Of a stretch of 29,287 nucleotides of DNA, positions 17,767-27,002 are shown piece after piece; the first letter of the stretch is position 1; each line of letters begins with the position of its first letter. The stretch is from the NCBI GenBank assembly GCA_002716355.1, contig PBAU01000012.1, forward strand, positions 1-29,287, in the 5' to 3' direction. Under the pieces are notes generated by a model, which ran no database searches, was not told where the DNA came from, and saw nothing but the letters and a program-made list of their open reading frames with translations. Made by a program: the position numbers and the translations under genes. Origin of the DNA: a bacterium. Its GTDB lineage: Bacteria; UBP7; UBA6624.

Positions 17767-18634
17767 AATATCCTTTTAATAAGGAACCTAACATTATTAA
17801 CCTTATCATATAATAAGATTTAATTTTAAAAAAATATATAATATTAAGCATTTTAACTATGTTCAAAATTATATTATAACAAAAAGCGCTAGAGAGTAAA
17901 AATTTATATCTAATAATTTTAACTTTCAGCCTTTGATTTAATAAACGAAAGTTTGTTTTTCCAAACACCTCAAGCCTTTCAGAATGCTGTAATAGTCCGG
18001 GATGATTAATTCTTGTAGCTATTGCGGCACTACAAGCACGAATTTTATTTGGATATAATTGATTAAAGCGATGTGCAAACTCTAATTCTTCTCCTCCGTA
18101 ATCAACAAAGCAGGTGTTAAATTCTATTTTTTTAAAAATAGAATGATGCATTAAACAATTACTAAATAATAAAAAGCGATAATTACAAAACTCTAAATTT
18201 TTTAATTGATTTATTCCTCGTCGTCTATGATTTAAATACCATTGGAAAGAAGAATCGGGCGATGTATATTTAATTTTACCCATAAATGCTAAAGCGTTCG
18301 AAATTTTTGTGGCATTTAAATATTCATTAAGTAGCTCTGGCTCCACCTCTATATTGCTAGATAAAAACAAAAACCATGTTCCAGAAGCGAGCTGTATACC
18401 CTTATTCCTAGCAAATATTCTCCCTCTATTTTTATCAAATTTATAACAGAGTTTCGAAAAATTTAAATTGCTAGCTTCAAAAACCTTAACTGATTCATCT
18501 GTAGATCCATCATCAATATAAATTACCTCCACATTATATTGAACAGGCTTTAGCCTATTAATAGAACATAATAAATTTTTTAAATCTGCGGCTGTATTAT
18601 AGCCAATGATTATGATTGATATACTTTTATTCAT
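17720..18634 (-). CDS. Family 2 glycosyltransferase
   Basis: 304 aa. SIIIIGYNTAADL and VEVIYIDDGSTDES form a GT-A N-terminus with a DxD-type region. The C-terminal part is hydrophobic. Confidence 0.8.
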   Translation of the reverse strand: MNKSISIIIIGYNTAADLKNLLCSINRLKPVQYNVEVIYIDDGSTDESVKVFEASNLNFSKLCYKFDKNRGRIFARNKGIQLASGTWFLFLSSNIEVEPELLNEYLNATKISNALAFMGKIKYTSPDSSFQWYLNHRRRGINQLKNLEFCNYRFLLFSNCLMHHSIFKKIEFNTCFVDYGGEELEFAHRFNQLYPNKIRACSAAIATRINHPGLLQHSERLEVFGKTNFRLLNQRLKVKIIRYKFLLSSAFCYNIILNIVKMLNIIYFFKIKSYYMIRLIMLGSLLKGYFTYQKTQNHQTEDPQ

Positions 18635-19736
18635 GAACGATATTAATAAACTTTTTTTCTTGAACTACCCAGACAAAATTATTTTTTATGATTTTATCAT
18701 ATTGATTTAATTCTTTTTTATTTTTTAATGTTTCTATGGCTTTAATTTGTTCTTGTATATTTTTACTATCTACAAGTTCGCCCAAGCTATATTTTGTAAG
18801 GATATCAATTAAGTTTGGCAATTTACTCGCAATCACTGGAATATTTGCTAAGCCATATTCAAATAATTTATTAGGCAAAGCAAATTGATTGCTTGTTCCA
18901 TTTTCTTGAATAACAACCCATCCAATATCACAGGCCGCTGTATAATTTAGAAGTTTAATATAAGGCACTTTTCCAACAAACAGAACACGTTGATAAATAT
19001 TTAATTTTTTTGCCATTTCTTTATAATAATTCATTGCTTCACCATCACCAACAATACAGGCCCACATATCTTTTTTTTGTTCTAATACAAAAAACAATTT
19101 TCCAATTCCCCTATCTTTTTGTATAACTCCTTGGTAACATAAGATTGTATGATTTTTAGGAATATCATATTTTGTACGCAAACTAATAATTTGATTTATA
19201 GTTTGATATTTAGGAAAATTATAAATAAGATGCCAATTTATAAATTGATACTTTGAAAATTTGATTTTTAATAAAGACAAATCAGTTGGAGCTGTTACAA
19301 TTACATCTGAAAAAAACTTAATAAAATATTGTTCATATTTGGTAAGCAACCATTGAGATATAGGACTATTTGTATGTGCAGCTAATGCTGAATATATTTC
19401 TCGACAATCATATATTAGCTGTGCCTTAGAAGTAAAAAAGTAAACTGGAGCCAATGAATATACATCGCCAGCCAAGACACAATGATATTTTTTATTTTTT
19501 ATTTTTTTTCTAACCTTGAAAAAAAATTCTATGTATTTGAAAAAACCAAAAGACAGCAAAACAATTGGCCTAATTGATACGTTTTTAATGTTTAAAGTTT
19601 CTGAACTATTGGTTTGTTTGTTTGTAATACAGACTATATCAACAGCGTATTTATATGAAGACAAAGAATCCACCATATTAATTAAGCGTGCATCATAGTA
19701 GTAATTTCCTAAATATATAATGGCAATTTTTTTCAT
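18627..19736 (-). CDS. GT-B glycosyltransferase (family 4/1-like)
   Basis: 369 aa. The C-terminal half has a GT4-type E-x7-E region (FALPNKLFEYGLANIPVIAS) and GDGEAMNYYKEMAKKL. Confidence 0.75.
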   Translation of the reverse strand: MKKIAIIYLGNYYYDARLINMVDSLSSYKYAVDIVCITNKQTNSSETLNIKNVSIRPIVLLSFGFFKYIEFFFKVRKKIKNKKYHCVLAGDVYSLAPVYFFTSKAQLIYDCREIYSALAAHTNSPISQWLLTKYEQYFIKFFSDVIVTAPTDLSLLKIKFSKYQFINWHLIYNFPKYQTINQIISLRTKYDIPKNHTILCYQGVIQKDRGIGKLFFVLEQKKDMWACIVGDGEAMNYYKEMAKKLNIYQRVLFVGKVPYIKLLNYTAACDIGWVVIQENGTSNQFALPNKLFEYGLANIPVIASKLPNLIDILTKYSLGELVDSKNIQEQIKAIETLKNKKELNQYDKIIKNNFVWVVQEKKFINIVHE

Positions 19737-19741
19737 TTTGA

Positions 19742-20644
19742 TTATATTATTTTTTTATTAATGCAGTTATATGAAAATATTTTTAAGTTATTTGGAAAAA
19801 TTTGAAGTATTTGATGAATAAAATTTTTTATTGAATAGGGGAATATTAAAAAAGCCTGTTTATAATAATAACTTGATTTCGCCGAATTGTTGACAAAATA
19901 AAAACGACTGCCTAAAATCCTATAATGACTTGCTAATATTTTTTTTGATGCATTTTTTTGAATATATGTTTTATGCTTATTTATTATATATTCTAAAGCA
20001 AGCGTTTCTTGTTTATAGTTAGCAGACTGACTCTTTTGATTTAAATTCCATTGAAAAATTTCATAATTTATATGTGCCACCCTAGGATTTTGTTTGCTTA
20101 AAGATATAAAAAAATCCCAATCTTCAGATGGCTCTGCTTGCTTATCAAAATAAATAATACAATTTTTAATGTATTCCGCTGTAAATAGACAAGTTTGTAA
20201 AAATGGGCCAGGCCCAATTAAAATTTGTTTTGAAAAATCAACATCATAATCTATTAAATTACGATTATATCGCACATTATCAATTTGATTGTTAACTCTA
20301 TAATCGCCAAAGACAAAATCACAATTATATTTAATCAAATAGCGCCTTTGTTTTATCAGCATATTGGAGACCCATAAATCATCATCATCAAAAAATTTTA
20401 TGTAATTACCCTTGGCATATTGCAATCCTCTCATTCTAGATTCTGTAGTTCCAACGTTTTGGGAATTACGATAATATTTTATATTATCTTGGGTGAATTT
20501 CTTACATATCGCTTGGGTATTATCAGTTGAAAAATCATCTATAATAATAATTTCATAGATTAGATTTTTTTCTAATAAAATTGTTTTAATTAATTGAGTT
20601 AATAGTTGAACGTTATTATATGTTGGAATAATAATAGAAATCAT
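19742..20644 (-). CDS. Family 2 glycosyltransferase
   Basis: 300 aa. Motifs present: ISIIIPTYNN, IIIIDDFSTDNT and FFDDDDLW. Confidence 0.85.
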   Translation of the reverse strand: MISIIIPTYNNVQLLTQLIKTILLEKNLIYEIIIIDDFSTDNTQAICKKFTQDNIKYYRNSQNVGTTESRMRGLQYAKGNYIKFFDDDDLWVSNMLIKQRRYLIKYNCDFVFGDYRVNNQIDNVRYNRNLIDYDVDFSKQILIGPGPFLQTCLFTAEYIKNCIIYFDKQAEPSEDWDFFISLSKQNPRVAHINYEIFQWNLNQKSQSANYKQETLALEYIINKHKTYIQKNASKKILASHYRILGSRFYFVNNSAKSSYYYKQAFLIFPYSIKNFIHQILQIFPNNLKIFSYNCINKKII

Positions 20645-22065
20645 TATATAAATTTAAGATTAGAATTTTTCAACAAAACTATAAAATATGAAATACATAT
20701 TAAACTATAGATAATGCTAATCAATAATAAATAAGCAGACAAGATGAGAGATAAAGAATAAAATACAATACTAACAATAAGAACAATAGCAATTTTAAAG
20801 AAATGATATTTGATAATCATCCAACTATAATTCTTATAAATTATACAAACAACCATTAAAAAATATGATAATAGCGTACTATATGCTGCTCCATGAATTC
20901 CAAAGGAGGGAATTGCTAAATAGTTAACACAAAAGTTTGTTATGGCTCCAACACCCCAAAAAAATGGAACCCATTTTTGTTTATTTAAACGATATATAGG
21001 AGGCATTTGTAAAACAAACACACCATAAAATACATAGCTTAATGCAATTATAGGAATAATGGCTCCCCCATGCCAAAACTCTTGTCCTATAATATAATAG
21101 GGTCCAATATTTAACTTTAATATTAAAGGCCAAACTATAGATAGTGCAGTACACATAAAAACTAAAAAAATAATAAGATGTGTTCCAATATTGCTAAATT
21201 GATTTTGGGCATTTTTTAAATTTGTTTTTAAATAATAAGGTTGCCAATTTAAATTAAAAGAGTGAACAGCCAATAATATCAAGCTGCCAATTTTATATCC
21301 TGCACCATACAGGCCAACACTTTCAATTGTGCCTAGCCAACCTAACATCCAGCGATCCGACATTTCTATAATAATAAAAAATATAGTTGCAGGAAGAAAG
21401 GGAACACTAAAACGAACCATCTGTTTTAAAAGTACCATATTAAACAAATTAATTCTAAAATTATTATATACAGGAGGCAACAAACATATTAACTGAATAA
21501 GAGACACAACAGCTAAAGAATATAAAGCTCCTAAAAATCCTAAATTGAGCATATATATAAAATAAATATTTAAGCTAATTGAAGTAATAATATTGATAAA
21601 ACTCACAAACAAATAATAGTAAGGATTATTTAATAAGCGAATTAATGTTATGATTCTAGAAGACAACATATCAGCAACCAGAATAAAAAGAATTAGTAAA
21701 ATGATATTACTAGAAATCTGTTGTAATATAGGAAAATACTTAAATATGCCATATTGGTAAACACTAAACAAAATTAAGCATAATAAAAAACTATATATCA
21801 AAGAATATAAGAGTGAAGTCGTTAATATCTCTTTTTGATTTTTTTTATTATAAAATTTTAATAATGAAGAGTCCATGCCATGGCTGAATAAAGCATTAAA
21901 GAATGCCAGTATCGTGTATAAAATAAAAACCCAACCAGCTTCTTTTGTTGTTAATAAATTAGTATATAAAGGCAATAATAAAAATGAAATTGTCCTTAAG
22001 ACAACAAAACCAAATCCATAAATTATTGTTTGATTCCAAAAATTATTTTTATTTTTTAAGCACAT
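20644..22065 (-). CDS. wzx: Wzx-type oligosaccharide flippase (MOP superfamily, polysaccharide biosynthesis protein)
   Basis: About 473 aa from the ATG at 22065 (the ORF track starts at TTG 22107). It has 12 or more hydrophobic segments. The N-terminal FGFVVLRTISFLLLPLYTNLLTTKEAGWV is typical of Wzx/RfbX proteins. Confidence 0.8.
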   Translation of the reverse strand: MCLKNKNNFWNQTIIYGFGFVVLRTISFLLLPLYTNLLTTKEAGWVFILYTILAFFNALFSHGMDSSLLKFYNKKNQKEILTTSLLYSLIYSFLLCLILFSVYQYGIFKYFPILQQISSNIILLILFILVADMLSSRIITLIRLLNNPYYYLFVSFINIITSISLNIYFIYMLNLGFLGALYSLAVVSLIQLICLLPPVYNNFRINLFNMVLLKQMVRFSVPFLPATIFFIIIEMSDRWMLGWLGTIESVGLYGAGYKIGSLILLAVHSFNLNWQPYYLKTNLKNAQNQFSNIGTHLIIFLVFMCTALSIVWPLILKLNIGPYYIIGQEFWHGGAIIPIIALSYVFYGVFVLQMPPIYRLNKQKWVPFFWGVGAITNFCVNYLAIPSFGIHGAAYSTLLSYFLMVVCIIYKNYSWMIIKYHFFKIAIVLIVSIVFYSLSLILSAYLLLISIIYSLICISYFIVLLKNSNLKFI

Positions 22066-23041
22066 ATTTTTTTTGATACACCTTTCGTAATACGCCTTTA
22101 GCAGCAAAATGTTCTTTAAATTGAATCAGACTAAATTTAGGACTTAAAGGATTTTCTTTTTCAGGGGTATGTGAAACACCAAAGTCAATATATTGGTACG
22201 AGTATTTTTGAGCAAATTTTAAACAATGATATAATTGCAGAGACGCCAATTGAGACTTACGAAATTTTTCAGATATTATATTATAAAAAACTAAGCACAC
22301 ACTTTTGTTTACCAGAAATAAAATCATGCCACCAACAGTTTCTTTATTATGTTGAGAAACTATAACTTTAATATCTGATGGATGAGTTTTGATTAATTGT
22401 TTTAATTCTTCCAGCGAATGTGTTGGTTTTAAGCCATATTTCAATTTAGACTTTAATAATAGTTCATATAATTTTTCTAAATGCGTTGTTTGTTTAAAAA
22501 CAATATCATCTAAAGTTTGGGAATTTTTAAGATATCTTTTTTTTCGCTTTGATAACAATGATTTGATGTTTGGTCTATCTGATAAATTTACAGCATGAGA
22601 AATATATGTTTCTTTTTCAATATAACTATTCCAATTTAATAAATAATCTAAAGAATCATCTTGATAACAATAATATATTGAAGGGCTATTAATCAAAATT
22701 ATTTGATTAAAACCATTCTTAATACAATATTGATCAATTTCAAGAATAATTTTATGCAACAAGTCAAAATGAATCTTTTTACTAATTACTAAACCTCCAT
22801 AGCTTGCACCAGGGTGAGAATAAAAGATTTTATTTTTTTTCTTATCTATAATGATTGCGCCAGGTAAAACAGCAACAATATTTTTTTTATACTTAATAGA
22901 AATTGAACAATCATGAAAGATGCGATTAACATGATAGGCAAGGAAATGTTGAGTTTGGAAAACAGTCCCATTTAGTGATTTTTGAACAAAACTATCCCAC
23001 TGTTTGATATCTTTTTTGTGATATTTTTGAATTGTAATCAT
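22049..23041 (-). CDS. FemAB/CelD(BcsL)-like GNAT-fold transferase (Acetyltransf_6-like)
   Basis: 330 aa. W..F......TVFQT..FL at the N-terminus, FYSHPGASYGG, a central KRKKRYLKN segment, ETVGGMILFL and YIDFGVS....LIQFKEHF follow the FemAB-family layout as I recall it. Not verified by search. Confidence 0.55.
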   Translation of the reverse strand: MITIQKYHKKDIKQWDSFVQKSLNGTVFQTQHFLAYHVNRIFHDCSISIKYKKNIVAVLPGAIIIDKKKNKIFYSHPGASYGGLVISKKIHFDLLHKIILEIDQYCIKNGFNQIILINSPSIYYCYQDDSLDYLLNWNSYIEKETYISHAVNLSDRPNIKSLLSKRKKRYLKNSQTLDDIVFKQTTHLEKLYELLLKSKLKYGLKPTHSLEELKQLIKTHPSDIKVIVSQHNKETVGGMILFLVNKSVCLVFYNIISEKFRKSQLASLQLYHCLKFAQKYSYQYIDFGVSHTPEKENPLSPKFSLIQFKEHFAAKGVLRKVYQKKYVLKK

Positions 23042-23116
23042 AAATGATTTTTTTTATTAAAATATATTAATCAAATTTATTGATAATATTTAATAAAATA
23101 TTTAAATAATAATTCT

Positions 23117-24418
23117 ATGCAAACATCAATTATTAAAGATATCAAAGCGCGATATATTTTAGATTCAAGAGGAAATCCTACTGTAGAATCAGAAATTATA
23201 CTTAATAATGGAATTATTGGCAGGGCCTCTGTTCCAAGCGGAGCATCAACAGGAGATAAGGAAGCAATAGAGCTGCGCGATCAATTAGAAGGATGGCACG
23301 GTAAAAGTGTAAACAAAGCCATTGATAATATTCATAATATTATAAAACCCAAATTACTAAAAATGTCTATTAATAATATTATAGAAATAGATAATACAAT
23401 GTTAAGTTTAGATGGAACAGACAATAAATCTCATTTAGGAGCAAACGCAATTTTATCAGTTTCTTTAGCAGCCGTTGAAGCTGGTGCTCAAAATAACAAA
23501 CAGTCTTTAGTTGATTATATTGGTGCTTATTTTAATAATACTCATTATAGTATGCCTGTTCCAATGATGAATATTCTAAATGGTGGTAGCCATGCTGATA
23601 ATACAGTAGATTTTCAGGAATTTATGATTATGCCAATTGGATTTAACAATTACAATCAGGCTCTACAGGCAGGCACAGAAATATTTCATTGCTTAAAAAA
23701 GATTTTACATAAATATAAACTTAGCACAACGATTGGAGATGAAGGCGGATTTGCCCCAAATTTAAAAAATAATGAAGAGGCAATAGAGTTAATTTTAGAA
23801 GCAATAGAGAAAGCGCACTATGAGCCAGGTAAAGATATCTATTTAGCCCTTGATGTTGCAGCAAGCGAATTCTACATAGAAAAAAATAAAAACTATTTTT
23901 TAGAATCTGAAAACAAACATGTTACCCCTTTGGAGCTAATTAATTATTATAAATCTCTTTGTTTGAAATATCCAATTATTTCTATAGAAGATGGATTAGA
24001 CCAAAACGATTGGGAATCATGGAAAATTTTAAATAATTCTATAGGTAAGGATGTTCAAATTGTAGGAGATGATTTAACCGTAACAAATAAAAAATTATTA
24101 CAAAAAGCAATTCAAAACAATGCCATGAATGCTATTTTAATTAAATTAAATCAAATCGGCACATTTACAGAAACATTACAGACTATTAAAGAAGCACAAA
24201 ATAACAATATGGGTGTTATTATTTCTCATCGGTCAGGAGAAACAGAAAATACAATTATTTCAGATTTAGCAGTAGCAACCAATGCAGGACAAATTAAAAC
24301 AGGGTCTCTATGTAGAACGGATAGAACAGCAAAATACAACCAACTCCTGAGGATTAATGAAAGTCTTCCAGACTGCATGTATGCTCAGAAAAACTATTTA
24401 GGATGCGAAAAAAAATAA
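23117..24418 (+). CDS. eno: Enolase (phosphopyruvate hydratase)
   Basis: 433 aa. Motifs present: ILDSRGNPTVE, PSGASTG, SHRSGETENTIISDLAVA and IKTGSLCRTDRTAKYNQLLRI. Confidence 0.97.
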   Translation: MQTSIIKDIKARYILDSRGNPTVESEIILNNGIIGRASVPSGASTGDKEAIELRDQLEGWHGKSVNKAIDNIHNIIKPKLLKMSINNIIEIDNTMLSLDGTDNKSHLGANAILSVSLAAVEAGAQNNKQSLVDYIGAYFNNTHYSMPVPMMNILNGGSHADNTVDFQEFMIMPIGFNNYNQALQAGTEIFHCLKKILHKYKLSTTIGDEGGFAPNLKNNEEAIELILEAIEKAHYEPGKDIYLALDVAASEFYIEKNKNYFLESENKHVTPLELINYYKSLCLKYPIISIEDGLDQNDWESWKILNNSIGKDVQIVGDDLTVTNKKLLQKAIQNNAMNAILIKLNQIGTFTETLQTIKEAQNNNMGVIISHRSGETENTIISDLAVATNAGQIKTGSLCRTDRTAKYNQLLRINESLPDCMYAQKNYLGCEKK

Positions 24419-24714
24419 CCCAATCAACAAATAAAAAAAAGATTATATTATTTACAAGCTTATTTATTTTTAGCTTAACTATTTTATTAGTTAATGAATT
24501 TGGTTTAGTTAAGTATATTCAGTTATCTAAAAAACATACAATTTTAGAAAATAAATTAAACAATTTATTAATCCAACAAACAACCCTAAGAGATAATATT
24601 TATCAGCTGCAGAATGATGAAGATTATCTAAAAAGCATAGCGCGCGAAAAATTTATGATGGTTTTACCTGGAGAAAAAGTGTATAGAGTAATTGATGAAA
24701 AAATAATGCAGTAA
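24403..24714 (+). CDS. ftsB: Septum formation initiator FtsB/DivIC family
   Basis: 103 aa. It has a short basic N-terminus, a single TM segment (IILFTSLFIFSLTILLV), a coiled coil (LENKLNNLLIQQTTLRDNIYQLQND) and REKFMMVLPGEKVY. The eno-ftsB order is conserved in many diderms. Confidence 0.7.
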   Translation: MRKKITQSTNKKKIILFTSLFIFSLTILLVNEFGLVKYIQLSKKHTILENKLNNLLIQQTTLRDNIYQLQNDEDYLKSIAREKFMMVLPGEKVYRVIDEKIMQ

Positions 24715-24718
24715 AAAA

Positions 24719-26212
24719 ATGATGCTCAAAATTACTAAATTAGTAACTTTGCTTTTTATGTTTGTTTTAATATATAACAGCATAATTTTTGCTGAATCTA
24801 TTTTAAGTAACAATACTAGCCAAACCATCAAACTGGACTTATATTTTTTCAATAATACAGCCTATGTTGATGTCTATGAGTTTACAAACTCACATGATTT
24901 TTATATTAAACATTATGAAACTAAAGATAAATTTGAGATTACAATAAAAAATTCAAAAATTTATTTTTCTCCTTCAACTTCATTTTGTAAAATTAATAAC
25001 CAAATTTATAATTTAACGTATCCTGTTCTCCAAAAAAACAATTCAATCTATATTCCAGCATTCGAATTTTATGAAATATTAAAAAGTGCAAATCTAGCAT
25101 TGAGAATTATTGAATTTAATAAATCTTCGCTTTACGTAAGCCCTAATATTTTTAATATATCTGATTTATTAATTTCCAATCGTAAGAATGGAACCCTGTT
25201 AATTTTAAAAACAGAAAAGCAATTCACTAAAAAAGAAATTTCTAGTTCTATATCATCATCTAAATGGCTTAATATAACTTTATTAAACGGGATGATTGAT
25301 TCTGTACAAATTAGTAACATTGCTGTAAGGTTTCCAGTTAAAAAAGTGCGCACCATTCAATCTAAAGAATCTGCTCAACTCTCTATATTGTTAGATAGTG
25401 ATATTGAAGATGTGGATATAGATATACAAAACCAAGAAATTCATTTTTTGCTTCGTAATGCAATAATAGAAAATGCACAAAAAATTACTGAAATGAAGCA
25501 AAAATGGTTTATTGATACAATCATTTTAGATGCCGGGCATGGAGGAAAAGATCCTGGAGCGCTTGGTTATAATAATTTACAAGAGAAGGATGTTACTCTC
25601 CCAATTGCTTTAAAACTAGGCCAACTAATAAAAGATAATTTAGGACTAAAGGTAGTATATACAAGGACAACAGATGTTTTTGTGCCATTGTGGAAAAGAA
25701 CAAAAATAGCAAATGAATCAAAAGGTAAATTATTTATTAGCATTCATGCTAATGCGGCTCAAAGCAGCCCTCATACTAGAGGGTTTGAAACATATTTATT
25801 GCGTCCAGGAAAAACAGGACAAGCAATTGATGTTGCAAAAAGAGAAAATGCAGTTATTGAATTAGAGCAAATGCCCCAGAATTATAAAGATATTAATGAA
25901 CATTTTATTATTGCAGCAATGGCACAAAATAGTTTTATGAAAGAAAGCGAAGATTTTGCTGCTTTAATACAAAAGAATATGAGCAAAAATCTTAATACCT
26001 CTTCAAAAAACAGAGGAGTTAAACAAGCAGGATTTCATGTTTTAGTAGGAGCATCAATGCCAAACGTATTAATAGAAATAGGATTTTTAACAAACAAAAA
26101 TGAAGCTAAAAATTTAGCAAAAAAATCATATCAAAACAAGATAGCTGATGCAATCTATAAAGCTATTGTTGATTTTAAGGTTAAATATGAAAAACCATTA
26201 ATTAATGAATAA
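24719..26212 (+). CDS. N-acetylmuramoyl-L-alanine amidase (Amidase_3, AmiC-like) with a long N-terminal targeting region
   Basis: 497 aa with a Sec-type signal peptide. The catalytic domain begins at about aa 265 (ILDAGHGGKDPGA, ISIHANA, GFHVLVG, IEIGFLTN). The N-terminal 240 aa contain AMIN-like segments. Confidence 0.9.
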   Translation: MMLKITKLVTLLFMFVLIYNSIIFAESILSNNTSQTIKLDLYFFNNTAYVDVYEFTNSHDFYIKHYETKDKFEITIKNSKIYFSPSTSFCKINNQIYNLTYPVLQKNNSIYIPAFEFYEILKSANLALRIIEFNKSSLYVSPNIFNISDLLISNRKNGTLLILKTEKQFTKKEISSSISSSKWLNITLLNGMIDSVQISNIAVRFPVKKVRTIQSKESAQLSILLDSDIEDVDIDIQNQEIHFLLRNAIIENAQKITEMKQKWFIDTIILDAGHGGKDPGALGYNNLQEKDVTLPIALKLGQLIKDNLGLKVVYTRTTDVFVPLWKRTKIANESKGKLFISIHANAAQSSPHTRGFETYLLRPGKTGQAIDVAKRENAVIELEQMPQNYKDINEHFIIAAMAQNSFMKESEDFAALIQKNMSKNLNTSSKNRGVKQAGFHVLVGASMPNVLIEIGFLTNKNEAKNLAKKSYQNKIADAIYKAIVDFKVKYEKPLINE

Positions 26213-27002
26213 TCAATCACCTATAGGAATTTTTGATAGCGGAATTGGAGGACTAACCGTTCTAAAATCATTAATGCAAAAAATGCCAAAAGAAACATAT
26301 ATTTATTTTGGAGATACTGCCCATGTTCCATATGGCAATAAAAGCAAAGAAGTCGTAATTAAATATTCATTAAAAATTTGTAATTTTTTAGTAGCAAAAA
26401 AAGTTAAACTCATTATTGTTGCCTGCAATACTTCATCATCATTAGCTATCACAATTTTAAAAACAAAACTTTCAATCCCTATTATAGATGTTATAAACCC
26501 TATGAAATTTTACATTCAATCAAATAAACACCTTAATAAAATTGGCATTATTGGTACGCATAATACAATTAGTTCAAATGCTTACAATCAGGTTATTTTA
26601 TCTGTTAATGATAAAATTACTATTTATTCAACTGCTTGTCCATTGTTTGTGCCAATAATTGAAGAAGGATTAGAAAATCATGAAATTGCCTATATCATGG
26701 TAAAAAAATATTTAGAACCTTTAATACGACAAAATATTCAAATTTTAATTTTAGGATGTACTCACTATCCTATAATTAAAAATACTATTATGAAAACGAT
26801 TCCTAATAATATTTATATTATAGATTCAGCTGAAAATACCGCAAATTATGTTTTAAATTATTTACAAAAAAACGACATGCTTGCAGAGACGATTATCAAG
26901 GAATTAGTTTGTTATGTTTCAGATGAATCGCGTCATTTTGAACAATTTGCAAAAGAATATTTACAATTACCTAATCTTCGACTTAAAACTATACAAATAT
27001 AA
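26205..27002 (+). CDS. murI: Glutamate racemase
   Basis: 265 aa. Motifs present: IGIFDSGIGGLTV, the two catalytic Cys motifs VACNTSS and LGCTHYP. Confidence 0.93.
   Translation: MNNQSPIGIFDSGIGGLTVLKSLMQKMPKETYIYFGDTAHVPYGNKSKEVVIKYSLKICNFLVAKKVKLIIVACNTSSSLAITILKTKLSIPIIDVINPMKFYIQSNKHLNKIGIIGTHNTISSNAYNQVILSVNDKITIYSTACPLFVPIIEEGLENHEIAYIMVKKYLEPLIRQNIQILILGCTHYPIIKNTIMKTIPNNIYIIDSAENTANYVLNYLQKNDMLAETIIKELVCYVSDESRHFEQFAKEYLQLPNLRLKTIQI

Noticed and set aside
22171-22598. Two +-strand ORFs (64 and 69 aa) within the FemAB-like gene
   Set aside because: They are antisense to a longer ORF with family-like features. They have no motifs and no start context.
23042-23116. Short inverted repeat ATCAA-N5-TTGAT in the FemAB-like/eno divergent intergenic region
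   Set aside because: The arms are only 5 bp in pure AT-rich sequence, which is well within chance expectation.
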